Source: Mytilus californianus (taxonomy: Eukaryota). Taken from it: DNA of 64,000 nt. The notes below the pieces were generated by a model that saw only the letters and a program-made list of their open reading frames with translations, did not search any database and had not been told where the DNA came from. Of the stretch, positions 38,111 to 51,463 are shown one piece after another. The DNA lies in NCBI RefSeq assembly GCF_021869535.1, contig NW_026262745.1, forward strand, positions 68,448,001 through 68,512,000. The letters are read 5' to 3'. How positions within the stretch are numbered: position 1 is the stretch's first letter; each line of letters begins with the position of its first letter. Both the position numbers and the translations under genes were made by a program.

Positions 38111-39458
38111 TCATGAGTCATATTTGAAATGAATGTCACTGTAAATGCACGGCGTCCGTACAGCTTGACCGCTGGTATCCAACTGACCATTTACATAGAA
38201 ACGATCTAATATGAATTACGTAATCTTACTTAATTATAACTACATGTAATAATGAAGTTTGTCACTTAATGATTCGAACAAATAATACAATTTAGCACAT
38301 ACATACAACTTCTCGTCCAATCAAATTGCTTATATTTGCCTTCTAATTTTCATAGTACATACATTTCCCGTGTACTAAGTAACATTGCATGAATGACCAC
38401 ATGGGTAAGATTTCATTGTATCGTAATCAAGATATTTAAAACAAAAATTGCCACTGGCTATTTTGAAATAAAATGCTGTGTTCCAAATTAAATTAAATAG
38501 TTTGTAATTAGTTTTCACATTGATTTATAAATATCCTGCTATTAAAATCTTTCGATCTAAAAAATGTTTTTGACAATTGCAAATTTCTTTTATTTAAATG
38601 AAGGGTAATACATATGGTTCTTTATACCTTGATTAGAGTACAACGATATCTTAAAATTATGATAATGTATCATCCATGCAATTACTTTGTACACAAAAAA
38701 TTGTGTACTATGAAACCTTGTGAAGGGAAATAAAAGCAACTTGGTGATAATGTTTTAAACTTTCTTAAGGAAGGTGATCTATTTCGTCATGAATTGATTG
38801 ATTTATTGATTATTGGTTGCTTAATTTCCAGTGGCAAATATTTCATGCATGTTCAGGACGATGTCATGAATTGAAAAACTGTGATTATGTCTGAAGATAA
38901 TGTGCCACCTATATATATATATATATATAAACATATTCTGTTAAATCTTTTAGTTTTTACTTTGAAATAATAAAAAAAAAAAAAAAAACACACACAAAAC
39001 CTATAATCTCTGATCTATTGGTAGTTGTTTTTTAATGCCTATCCGCTAGACTATATCTATGGGGACAAACTATCTATATGTTTCAAATTTATTATAGCTT
39101 TAGTTTTACTGTGAACTTAAAAAATGTTTTCAAAACATGTAAAGTTTCCACTGCAATTTAATTATTGCCTGCTTTTGGTCAATTTATTTGGTCATCTTAC
39201 CATGTAAGAAGAACATGTATAGTAAAACACCGCTTTATATCAATATACATACTTACACCAGCAGCTACAATATTTTCATTCTGGAGTCAAGGGCCTTTTG
39301 AAATAACATATTTTACAATGATACTAGTGAGTAGATTTACAAAACTTCGTTAATGAGCTCCGTTTTACAAACACCTGTGATACAAGTAGTCAGCCAAAAT
39401 AAACTATCAATAGACCAATTAAAAGATTACTCGAGTTGTAAATATGTGCTAAATTGGA

Positions 39459-39548
39459 TAGTCTATGAAAAGGTATATACTATGAAATTAAGAGCTCGGG
39501 GCAAGCCCCTCGCTCTAAATTTCATAGTATATACCTTTCCATAGACTA
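39459..39548. repeat. 90-bp near-perfect palindrome with TA at both ends
   Basis: 43-nt arms with 4 mismatches and a CAAG loop at 39502-39505. Confidence 0.8.
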
Positions 39549-41230
39549 ACCTAGACTAAAAAACATATATATGATAACAAGAAATGGACAATGCTAGGAT
39601 TAAAATGGATTAACTTTTATACATGTAAGCTAACAATTTCGAGAACAATAGTCGCTTGCTTTTAGATTAAGTTTGAATTTCCACGAAATAAATCAAAGAG
39701 GAAAATATCGCTGTCACACAGAACAAAAAAACTCAAGCTAGGGAGATCTGGTAGGGGTGATCCGGCTCAGATTACCCCTGGTTGAACAAAGGAGCTGGGA
39801 TGAATGTTTACTTTATATCTTGCCCGGAGCTGATACACAGGAGTCTTTCGGTATATCAAGATAAATTATGGTGCAAAAATAAGTAAATGTGGTCAAGTAT
39901 TGCAGTTGATCTCATATAGTTTCGTGAAGGAAATTTTATCAAGAAGACACATGCAACGTCAGTAATTTAATCAATCATAATGCAAAATATTTGAAAAATT
40001 AAACTATCGGTCAAAATGGTTTAATCTGGGAAAAATCAGGGCTTAAAGGTACACCATTTTTCTTTACAAAACTACAAAAGGCAAATTGCTCTTCGATTTT
40101 AGAGAAACAAAAATGTAAACAAACATGATTTTTTTTCAAATTTTTAAAGCATAAACTTCTTTTCTCTTAAAATTATCGTTCATGTTACTGTTAAAAATAC
40201 TTCACAGTTATTTTGATTCAGTTTAATCAGAAACTTTAAAAAAATGGTAATATTTGTAAATATTTGGTATTTCGGATCGTGAAAGATCAGGTACCGCATT
40301 TTGATGATCGTGAAAGATCTGTTGTCGCTTATTCGTTATTGCAAAAAGAATTACGAAAACGATCAAATCTTACTTTAAACAAATGATAATTCATATATTT
40401 ATAATTTGTATAACCAAAAAAAATGGATTTGCATGACTTATTCCGCTTTACGTGTGTTTGTGAATAGGGCTATTATTGTGCTATGCCATTGGATTTGATT
40501 ATTTGATAATACCACACCGACTAGTCTAACCGACCTGCATAAGTTTTTATGTCGTTTGAAATGTTAAGATTGTCTCGTCTGATTTCCATAAATGTGTATT
40601 CACAGTCATATCTATAAAACGAAGATCCTTGTTGATTTTTGTAAAATTTGGAAAAAAAACATTGTTAAAAATATCAGCAGGAAAACAACTGTCATATTCC
40701 TGACTTGTCACTTTTCATACGTATATGGTGAATTAAATTTGGTTATCTAGCTAGATGATACGTCCACATGTATGACAGTTATTTAATGTTCCGTAATATT
40801 GCTAATTTGGTTGAGCAACACATGCAGACATAATTGGTTAACGTGGCCATATCTAAGATCCAGCAGTCCAAACTGTGTAGACTTACAAACAAAACAACTT
40901 TATTTTACGTTCAAACGCATTCACAATAAAAACAAACAAACACACCACCAAAAACGTTTTGTAGTTATTTTACATTATTAAAACGGAAATTTATGTATCA
41001 ACAACACATAGTTTTTTAAGAAAAACCTATGTATTAGTAATTAGTGATTTGATGTTTTAAGTCAAATTTAAGAAGGTTTTTTATATACAAATACTCACGT
41101 TTTTTGAAAAAATTCAATCAGTAATATTTTAGACAATGCATTTTTTCTTCGATTTTCAGTTATCATGGTTATAGTTCAATAAATAAAATTTTAGCAAAAT
41201 CTGTGACATAGCCCATTTACTGTAACTTGA

Positions 41231-41542
41231 CCTTAAGTGTCATGCAATTATAAATATTTTCGTTTGCTGGAGATTTAATCTGGTGCACACCAGTTTGAAA
41301 AATCGTGCACACGACCTTCAAACTCGTGCTCATCACTTTCAAACTGATGCGCATGACTTTCAAGAACTGTTACCAACAACTTTGAAACTCGTGCACGCAC
41401 TGGTTTCAAAGTCGTGAGCACCAGTTTGACAGTCGCTGTGCGCAACAGTTTTCAAATGTCGTTCGCACGAGATTAAAAAGGCGTGCATACGAGATTGAAT
41501 CTCCGGCAAACGAAAATATTTCTATTTACTTGGCACGTAAGG
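41231..41542. mobile_element. MITE with about 30-bp TIR cores and an internal array of about 21-22 bp TCGTGC(A/G)CA units
   Basis: aaatattttcgtttgcYggagattYaatct at 41252-41281, with its reverse complement at 41492-41521. Confidence 0.7.
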
Positions 41543-41639
41543 GGCTCCTTATATGATGACATATACATTCTGCCGATAAAATATGAAAAAAAAGTCAAAT
41601 ATATATAAAATTAAACAAAATAAAAAACAACACTATAAA

Positions 41640-42300
41640 AACCTCAGGTGTCCGAATCGCATATCTGGAACGTGGGGCCCAGTCACATAAGGAAAGCCAA
41701 AAGCCAAAAACCTGAAAGCTGGATGCATGTATACCGAACCACATCTAGAGGCAAACGATCAAATGGAATATACTAGTACAAAGACAAATAAAGGTTAAAC
41801 TATAAAGTAGATAAAATGCTACACAGAGTCAGCACCTTGAATCTATAATTCAAGACCATTCTGTATTATTTGTTATGTAGACACCGAATATAGTTTTATT
41901 AGGTCTTGGTACTTTCTAATGAACTCTTTGAGAAAAAGGTCGAGATGTTCTTTCCCAAAATCCTGACTCATTAATTTTTTGTTCAGGCACTGATAACGTT
42001 TTATAAATTTTAAGTAGCAGCTGGAAGCTCCTTAAAATTATACGAATTGAGAAATGTATACTTTGTACGCGGATGAAGTTGGTAAATCGCAGATAAGGTG
42101 AGCAAAATTTATAATTTCAAAATTGAAATCATCTCGAGATGACCGCTCGCTGTAGTTAAATTCGGACTATATGTCTAAAAATGAGACAGAGGAAGCAGTA
42201 TATGTGGTGCCTGTAATCTCTAATTCATGACCATTAATGGGACCCAATCAGAGAGGTTTGTATTGTTAATGGAAAGAACATCTTCAATGCACCAGTATGT
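41640..42300 (-). mobile_element. Second degenerate copy of the RT-thumb plus tail element
   Basis: Visibly colinear with 14690-15290 (tcaagacca...gtagcagctg(c/g)aagctc...aaaatcatctcg). Confidence 0.65.
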
Positions 42301-42555
42301 AAAATTATATTGATATACATTGTAACTTCTTTGATCTAACCCTTACGCAAACATACAAGTACACAATAAGAAATTTCCAGGGGAGGACCAGCAGACCCCT
42401 CTCGACTCAATCATTTGTGGATGCATTACTTATTTACATAATATACAAAGATATGTACTTTTCGACAATTTATGCTTCTGGAGGTCTGATTAACTTGGAT
42501 GCCTAGTTGCATGTAGCATTGCCTTTTAAATTAAAAAAACGGGTCTAAATATGGG

Positions 42556-42590
<35 letters not shown>

Positions 42591-45500
42591 CACAAATATA
42601 TCACCAAAACAAAATAAAGCATTAGTTTACGTTCTTAGTAAGTAATAACATGCTTCAACCAATTACAAGTACATACATATCAATTTGTAACTGAAACGCT
42701 GTTTTCTGATCATTGACTCTGGTCACGCCTTGTCTTTCACGATCAATCTTGATTAAAAATCAACAAAAATATACTTTTTTCAAAAAATAATATGAACTTG
42801 TTCAAGGAATAACTTACATTTAATTTACTGGACTATCTGACACAATAAAGATTGAGTTTCAAATATATCATGATATATTGGAATGTAACCATTATAGATA
42901 ATATAAAACGTGATTTTTGTTAATGATTCGCATAGGATTGTGTGTCGCCATTTGTGTTTTCTTTAAAAGTACTGCATTTTTTCTTTAACTTAGTACACAG
43001 CATCATTAAGGAAATCATTTTGACAGACATTTTTTTTTCTTATTTCTTCCGCCATTTGAAAATAACACAACAGCTGATTTTTTAAAAAATGTTGAAGTAG
43101 AATTACACGTAATTGCATTCACGTTCCGATACAAGATCTTTCACGATTCGATCGTAATGCTGGACCACCGTTAGTTATTCTTTCACGATGATTTTTTTTC
43201 GATATACCGAATGACAGCCGTCATTAAATACGACGTCTTATCGCCAATTACAAGTAAATGCGCGGCATCACACTTATTTATCAGTTAGGTTGTTTCTTCG
43301 TTATCTTTATGATGACTTACGGTTCAACTCTATTTTCATACATAAAGTTGAACATGTTTCTTTCTTATAAAAACTCGACCGATGCGGTCATAATTAAATA
43401 TAGTAAACAAACATTTCTTTCGTGTATGTTTTATTTATTTTTTATTCAATATTTGGGGAAGATTATAATTTTAATCGTTTTGAATTCATGCATTTGATAA
43501 ATTTGAAAATTAATGTAACCTTTTATGAAAAAGCAATTACCAACAGTGGATAAATTGGTAGATAACGATTTGCTAAACGTCCAGTGGCAAATATTTAAAG
43601 ACTATTCGAGATGAAAACAGTTCAACATTTATTCTAATAGGTAAACAGTTTGACAACAGGAATGATCGGTGGCAAATTCGGACTGCCACTTGAAATTCAA
43701 GATATGCCGAGCAGAAATTATGCATCATGAAGCTAGGGAAAATATATGCTCTTCTCGAATATAATTATGCTGATTTTTATGTACGATTTCTCCCGAATAG
43801 GCGTTCGTTTGAGTGTTTGAGTATATATACAACCTACACACTTAACGGACGTCCTTTGTGGAGAAGTCATAATCTCGGGCGGAGCGGAAGAGAATTCCTT
43901 TTTTTTTAGTGAGACACTCCATCTAAGCTAAACGTGTAATACCTAGGGAATAAAATGAAGTATATAAAATTGAGAATGGAAATGGGGAATGTGTCAAAGA
44001 GACAACAACCCGACCATAGAGCAGACAACAGCCGAAAGCCACCAATGGGTACATACAGTACGTGCAGCAATATGACATGATAAATTTACATAAATTTCCA
44101 TGATTATAAACAATAATATGTGTTTATATTAAAAAATGTTAGGGTTTACTCCATACGGCCTAGGGTTAGCGTTAGGTCTTCTGATAAAACAAGATTAATT
44201 AAATTTAGTGGTAAACTAAAAAATATGTAACAATATGTATAAAAAGAAGTGTTTAGTTTACGTTGATGAAACTGTAACCCACCGATAAAACAAAAGCAAA
44301 ACAGGTAGATGGATTAGAAAATGACATCGCTTCAATAAGCGCGGATAGCGAAAAGACACAACAAAATGAACATTTATTTTAAATCATCCTTAAATTAGAA
44401 TCAAATCAATGCCCCCTTCCCCCCTTTTGGGGGAGGGCTACATAAAGGAACATCACGGTTCGTAAACGGAGCGACCAATCTGATTAAAATTCATATCCTG
44501 CATCCACGCTTTGCTTACATGAATCTGACAACACTACGTCCTACTTTCTGTTCGAATGACTATTCTACCAACCAATGAATTCGAAACATCGGTCTTAAAA
44601 TTTTTGAAGGTGTGTATCATTACGACGAAACCCGAGGACCCGAAACTTGTTTTAAAAAGAAAGTAGAATAGAGCGTTTTCAGATTTTTAAGTTTATCGTT
44701 TTATTATTACACTAGTAATTTTTGGGGCCCTTTATATCTAGCTGTTCGGTGTGAGCCAAGGCTCCGTGTTGAAGACCGTACTTTGACCTATATTAGTTTA
44801 CTTTTATAAATTTTGACTTGGATAGAGAGTTGTCTCATTGGCACTCATACCACATCTTCTTATAACTACTTAAATGAATCTTCACTAAGAGATGCTGACA
44901 TATTGTGTAAAAGAAAGCAATAGTAGGTTCAATTTTACTCTAATTCTGAGATGGCTCAAGAAATAAAAAGATTCCAGAAAGAAAAATCAAACGTTCAGTA
45001 CTGCATGCGCTGTTGAAAATTAACTGACTGTATTGCATTTGAAATAGTAAGATGCGTTTTCCTATTTTTTTTTATTCGGCAATAAAACATGTAGATGTAT
45101 ATTTATGTGCATTGGTAGAACATACTAAATGTTATTTAGCATTCACTTCATTTGAACTTTGGTGGATAGTTGTCTCATTGGCAATCATACCACATCTCCT
45201 TTTTTACAATGTATATAAATATGATTGTTTGTATCTGATTGGTAGCTTAAAGTGAAAGGATGACCACGTATCTTGTTAATCCCTGTCAATTATTTTTAAT
45301 ACTATATATACTACAACTCCTTTGTTCATACATAAATACGAAGAGGTAAAAAAAAAGACAATGCAACATATATTTAAACGTATAAATATATATAGTCCCT
45401 AACCTAAATCTGTTGGAGGTCAACTAATTGTTTTTTTTTTTTTGTTTAGCTCCACATTGGTCTGATTGTTGATTGCTTAACGTCCAGTGGCAAATATTTC

Positions 45501-46214
45501 TCTTGCATGTTCAGGACGATAAGCTACTGTTACACATTGGTCATTATAAGCTAAAATTCCACTTTGAGCTAGCTTTCACTAAAAGTTCTATTCTTCATTT
45601 GGTACTTTATGTATGTTGTCTTTGTCTTTGTATTATGTGTCTATGTTCTTCGTAACTATTTGATAAGTGTAACTTAGCCTTTTCTACTTATTTTTACAGT
45701 TAAGTCGTATGTTGTTTTGTTACACCACTGTCTGAATTAAGGGTAAGGATTGAGTGAAACATGATTAACCGGTCACATTCGTAATGTTCCTACATTCGAG
45801 AAAAGACTTTGTATTCCAATGGTTTGTTGTTGGTTGCTATCTGCCATAAAGTCTTTTTTTTATATTTGAAGCATACATCGGGCCGCTGATTATCTCTACT
45901 AATTGGTTCACATTAAGCATTATGGGTCCTTTTATAGCTTACTATAATTTGTTTGATTTTACTCCATGTTGAAGATCGTACGGCGACCTGGATCGCTGAT
46001 GTATATATGTGTCATTGCAAACATACTAGCATGTCCTCTTATTTTTATATGTAGTGATCTATTTTGTCAAGTTCAATTGTTATAATTCGTTTTTGATGGA
46101 CTAAATTTGCTATTCTTAGACGAATTTTCTAATTTTACTTAATTGGGTTGTGCTGCGTAGTATTTCAATCAGGTACGCGGTGGTGAGTTTTGGCTCTAAT
46201 GTGTCATTTTGTCA

Positions 46215-47290
46215 TTCATGTCCAGTGTACAAAGTAATACCGATATTGTCGACATCGCAAAGTAGGCAATGTCGACACAATATTGTACAACGTTGTAGAT
46301 ATCGTTTCATACTCTAATCTACATCGTTGACATTGACGATATCGCGAAGTAGACAATGTCGACACAATATTGTACAACGTTGTCGATATCGTTTCATACT
46401 CTTGTCTACATCGTTGACTTTGACGATATCGCAAAGTAGACAAGTCGTCACGATGTTGTACAACGTTGCTGATATCGTTTCATACTCTTGTCTACATCGT
46501 TGACATTGCCGATATCGCTAACACATCACTCGTGTTTACATTGTTAATTTTGAATACAAAGATGTCGACATTGTGTTGTACTACTTTGTCGATATCCTTT
46601 CATCATCTTGTCTCTGCATGGTTGGCATTGCCGACATCGCGAAAAAGACAATGTCAAAACACTGTATTACAACGTAATCTATAATGTCAACATCGCAAAG
46701 ATGTTGAGGAGGAGGAGAAGGATAGAGATTTGCAAACATTAAAAAACTGTCCAAATAAGTTCTACTATTAAGAACATCGACACAGGCGTAATATAAATAC
46801 ATTATTTGAAATTGAAATTGATAAACTAAACACTTCTTTATTAAAAAAAAAAACGATATAGGCGATGTCAACGATGTAGACAGGAAAGAGGGACGATGTA
46901 GACAGGAAAGGGGGACGATGTAGACGATGTCGTCACGATGTTGTTAACATCGCGATATCGCGATGTCAACGATGTAGACAGCCAGAAAAACGATGTCGTC
47001 ACGATGTTGTCAACATCACGATGTCGGCGATGTCAACGATGTCGACAGAAAAGGGGGACGATGTAGACAACGTCGTCACGATGTTGTCAACATCACGATG
47101 TCGACAATGTCAACGATGTAGACAGGAAAGGGGACGATGTAGACAGCAAGAAGAACGATGTCGGCGATATCAACGATGTAGACAACAAGTAAGACAATGT
47201 TGCGAGCAGGTATAAATCATGAACGAAGTTGGCAATATCGGCGATATCGTCACTACATCGTGCACTGGATGTGTTAGCGATATCGGCAAA
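46215..47290. repeat. CpG-rich foldback-like repeat: 3 x 87-bp tandem units on the left, related inverted micro-repeats on the right
   Basis: ATCGC recurs at 46254, 46341, 46428 and 46514. gtctacatcgttgacat appears as its reverse complement repeatedly in 46860-47180. 46507-46527 is the reverse complement of 47268-47288. Confidence 0.8.
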
Positions 47291-47687
47291 TCTTTCGTCC
47301 ACAAACCTTTTGTTTAATTTTGGACACAGGCATTTCTTACAATAATCCGTAGTTTTGTTTTTATTTAAGAACGCTGTCAGTGTTTGTGTTTGAAATTTAA
47401 GATTGTGTTTTGGACAAATCTCGTTTCAAATATGTTGTCGTGCGTTGTTGTTTGAAATACATATTTGTCTATGTGTTAGTTATATCTGTCGTTCAATGAA
47501 ATGCCTACATGAGAAGCAAAAAGGTTGACATAAATCCGAATCAGATGACGAGAAAGACTTTCATTGTTTTTATTATTATCATTATCTTCATTATCATTAT
47601 CTTTATCATTATAATTACTACTGCTATGTCTAATCATAGCAGAATACTTATTACATTACGATTAAATATCAGATTATTGTATTTTAA

Positions 47688-48081
47688 GGATGTAGTCAGG
47701 TCAAATTTAAAAAAAATATATAGAATTTTAAATTAGTACTATAAATCAGAAGAGCATTAGTCGGAACAAAATAAGCTAAACATATTGATAGGTTATGGAA
47801 CTCCTTTTCAAGAAATTTGATTTAAAAAAGAATGGAGGGAAAAGGCTGACTTGGACTTTTACCTTATATTTACCATTGGCATTATTTGGGTCTCAAATCG
47901 TAAGAATAGAAATCTAGAATCTGCTTAAATTTTGGTAAACGACCTTTTATGAGCTATTCAAGTCTTATATGAAAAGAAAAGAGGGAGTTATGGGGCAAAA
48001 TATTGTACCCTGTATCATAGGAAAAAATCCAAGGAGTTCGAACATTTGAAAAAAATTCCTAAACCTGACAGGACTACATCC
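47688..48081. mobile_element. TTAA-flanked MITE (Kolobok/piggyBac-type target site)
   Basis: TTAA-GGATGTAGTC ... GACTACATCC-TTAA: perfect 10-bp TIR and TTAA on both sides (47684-47687, 48082-48085). Confidence 0.75.
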
Positions 48082-48846
48082 TTAATTCACTTTTCGAAAT
48101 ATTTATTAGAGAAGAAAATAGTAAACTTGTTTACATAATCAATAAAATACAAATCAAGTCAATGGTACTCCTTGACATAAATTTTTGAATGAAGTTTTAC
48201 AAATAGTCTATCATGTGTCACGTGTCATCTTGGATGAATGCAGAAACAACCAATTCAGATATGAAATGAAAGAGTATAACAATGAAGAGAATATCCGACA
48301 AAACAGCTGTTCGTTTCTTAAACTGACAATGCAATTGATTATCTAAAATATCATCATCCTGTGTGTAATTATATCAACATCGATCAGGTAAGAAAACGTA
48401 GTTGATTTATTAACATTTTGCGACATTTTTTTATGTTTTATTGTTTATAGCGGAATGGCAACACTAATAGATGCTTGTGGCCTAAAGTTTTACTGAAAAC
48501 TAAAACAACATATCTAGGTATTGCATCACATTTAATTACTAAAAGTTTTGCATTAAGGTTATTTTTTTTTTTATCTAAAGCTCAGAATGTCAAAGTTAGA
48601 AAATACATATTACCTATAAGCGTATTAAATGTAAAGGGACTTGCAAGAAGTTGACAACGTGGCCCATGGGGTTTACAAAATAACCGTTTTCAAGCTTAAA
48701 ACTTACAATTGTGCTAATCTGTGTACCATTTACGTTGTATGCTGTATTTGGTTTTGTCATGACTTTCATATAAAATGTCCGTGTTTGTGTAATTATTTCG
48801 CATTTGAGTTGTGGAGTTTTAATAATATCAAAACTGCTCGTCTTCC

Positions 48847-49340
48847 TTTTTTAGTTCACCTGACCCAAAAGTTCAAGTGACCTGACCTATTCTAATCCGT
48901 CGTCTAACGCCGTCCGTTAACTTTTACAAAAATATTCTTCCCTGAAACACCTGAACCAATTGCTATAAACCTGGTCAAAATCACTATTGGGGTATATAGT
49001 TTCATAAATCTGTCCGATGATCCCGTCTACCAGACAACATGGCCAACAGGGCTCAAAATAGAACATAAAGCTAACATGCTAGTTTGTCTATTATCTTGAA
49101 AACCACAAAAGACAGAAGAAATCGGACATGAAAAAAATGTTCAGAATGTTGAAATCTACGTGTGTCCATTTATATCAAAACTGTCCGACGACTTTTGCCC
49201 TTAAATTGTAAAGTTTACCAATTTAGTTCATATTTGCCTATTATCTGGGAAATTATAATAGAGCGACAGAAAGTTTTAATAGCAAAAATGACCAGAAGGA
49301 CAAGATGTACAACAAGCTCAGTATAGACGAAATGTCTGTT
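48847..49340 (+). mobile_element. Degenerate Helentron-associated (HINE/pearl-like) non-autonomous element
   Basis: Starts TTTTTTAGTTCACCTG, followed by a short ccgtc microsatellite core. Family assignment is from recall. Confidence 0.45.
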
Positions 49341-49679
49341 GACTCCTTATAAGAGTTATTTCCTTAAAATGACAATTCTTACACTTTTTAGTGTTTAAGC
49401 AAACGACTATAAAAGAGGGAATTATAAAAAAGTAAAACAGACCAGCAAGACACGATCAACAAATAGGTCAACAAAGCCAAAATAGGCAGTCAACTTCTTT
49501 TAGCAGTTGCTTCCCTTAATTGATACATGTACATGCATGTTAAAATGAAGATTGACTGACATATGAATATGAGTAGTAAATTGATAATAATGAACAAAAT
49601 AAAACATTGTCACTTTGATTGACACGAAGCACTATATTTATCTTAGAAATAGCTCACAAATTTAAGAACGTAAGGTGTC

Positions 49680-49711
<32 letters not shown>

Positions 49712-51048
49712 CTTGTCAAATATGAATTACAAATAACATTGAGTTAATATCATATTTTGATTACTAATATAATACTATTTAAAAATTTCAATAATATAAT
49801 ATTCAAAGATAACGTAGATTATTTATAAGCAGTAATCAATATCAAGTTTTAACTTTTACATTGACCATATTTCGTAGTGGCAAATGGAATTAAAACTAAT
49901 TCGCTCAAATACTAAATTCATTTAGCTAGGGAAAACATTTTCAACACTCGATGTTATGATCACTATACCCTGACAATGCTTATAGATTCGTGTTTGCTTA
50001 ACGCTACATATGTAGGACTACACCAAACAATTCAGATGTCATTTAGAACTGAGGAGATAAGATAACGTACATTTCTTATCTATTTTTTAACTTGATGATA
50101 TATTGATCGACAAATGCAATATAAAAGATGTATTTCAATCCGATAAATATTTTTTTTATGTAAGACGTAAAATTATCTATTATAATAGACACAAAATGAC
50201 AACAGCTTGTTGATAAAATGAACGTTATGTTTTGTCATAATTATACATGCATATTCAGGAAAATAGACACTATCAGTGATAATGTGTTAATTGTATTTGT
50301 ATGTACCTTACTTTGTGTTGAATCGACTGTGTCTCATTTGGAAAAAGGCTAGACTAAGTACTATACGGTATGGGTTTTTTCTCATTGTTGAAGGCCGTAC
50401 AGTTGCCTATAATTGATTACATCCACTTCATTTGAACTTTGGTGGATCATCATAGTTGTCGCATTGGCAATCATACCACATCTCCTTGTTTTTAAATAGT
50501 TCATAGGATTCGAATCAAGAGGAAAATATGTCACTAGCTTTAGACATTCTATTCTGGATATTCAATTCTATAATCCCAATTATCCTGTATTGTTTAACTA
50601 AAACCATTTACTATGTATCTCAAACTTATTTCCCCCCAAAATAATGGTAAATGCAATGTCGTTTATAAGTATAACAGTATATATCGCACGAAGAGCAAAT
50701 TAGAATTTGTATGTGCGCAATTTTTAAATCGACCCTAAGGGATTTATTTGGTTTTTTTTAAATCAAAGTGCATCAAAAGAGGAGATAACTCTTGCCAGAA
50801 TAAACCATGTAGATGCAAATTGACTAAATATTAACAAAGGTTGCATTGTTGGAATTATATACAGTAACTGTTTGAGATTTTTCCATTGGACAATCACGGA
50901 GCTGATGAGACTCTGTAACTGAATTCATGAGAACGGCAACTGAATATCTGAAAAGAATATTCATATTTGGTAATAAATCAAATGTGTCACTGTCGACCAA
51001 AGTTTTGACTTATTATTTTTTTTTTATTGTATTTTCAGGTCCCGAAGA

Positions 51049-51463
51049 ATGAATGTTGTGCGACTACTCCGACATAAATTATCGATTCCAATATTCTTGT
51101 TATTTCTAGTTGCAGTGCTGTGGTATTCTATTCTCCTGTTTGAAGATATGATAAGACCCCAAAACAGTGACACCGAGAATATGAATCTCTATGACGTAAA
51201 ATTAAGAAAAGCAATTGAAAGTATGGACAGACCGACACGTGAACATATAAAACCTTTGCAACCACCAGATGACCATGAAATACCGCAAGAATCTCTGTAT
51301 TTTATAGATAACGAATTTGAAAAGATAAATGAAAGTATAAATGCTCATAATATTAACTTATATGACAGTAAGCAGGAAGGAAAATACAATGGTGAAAATT
51401 TACACATTAAACCACCGTTGAAGGAGTTTCCAAAAGTTGATATCCTTGTCAAAGAAGAATTAG
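51049..51463 (+). CDS. GALNT: GALNT coding exon 1: cytoplasmic tail, TM anchor and stem
   Basis: [31 protein letters not shown]; acceptor ends at 51038; donor TTAG|gtaatg. Confidence 0.85.

Noticed and set aside
44400-44650. Promoter-like patch with CCAAT words
   Set aside because: Short motifs are expected by chance, and there is no TSS evidence.
46245-46520. Regular repeats resembling a CRISPR array
   Set aside because: The 87-bp units repeat over their whole length with no unique spacers, there are no cas genes, and the context is eukaryotic.
33304-51049. Functional coupling between the receptor gene and the neighbouring GALNT
   Set aside because: They are about 18 kb apart, separated by repeats. 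Adjacency alone is not evidence in an animal genome.
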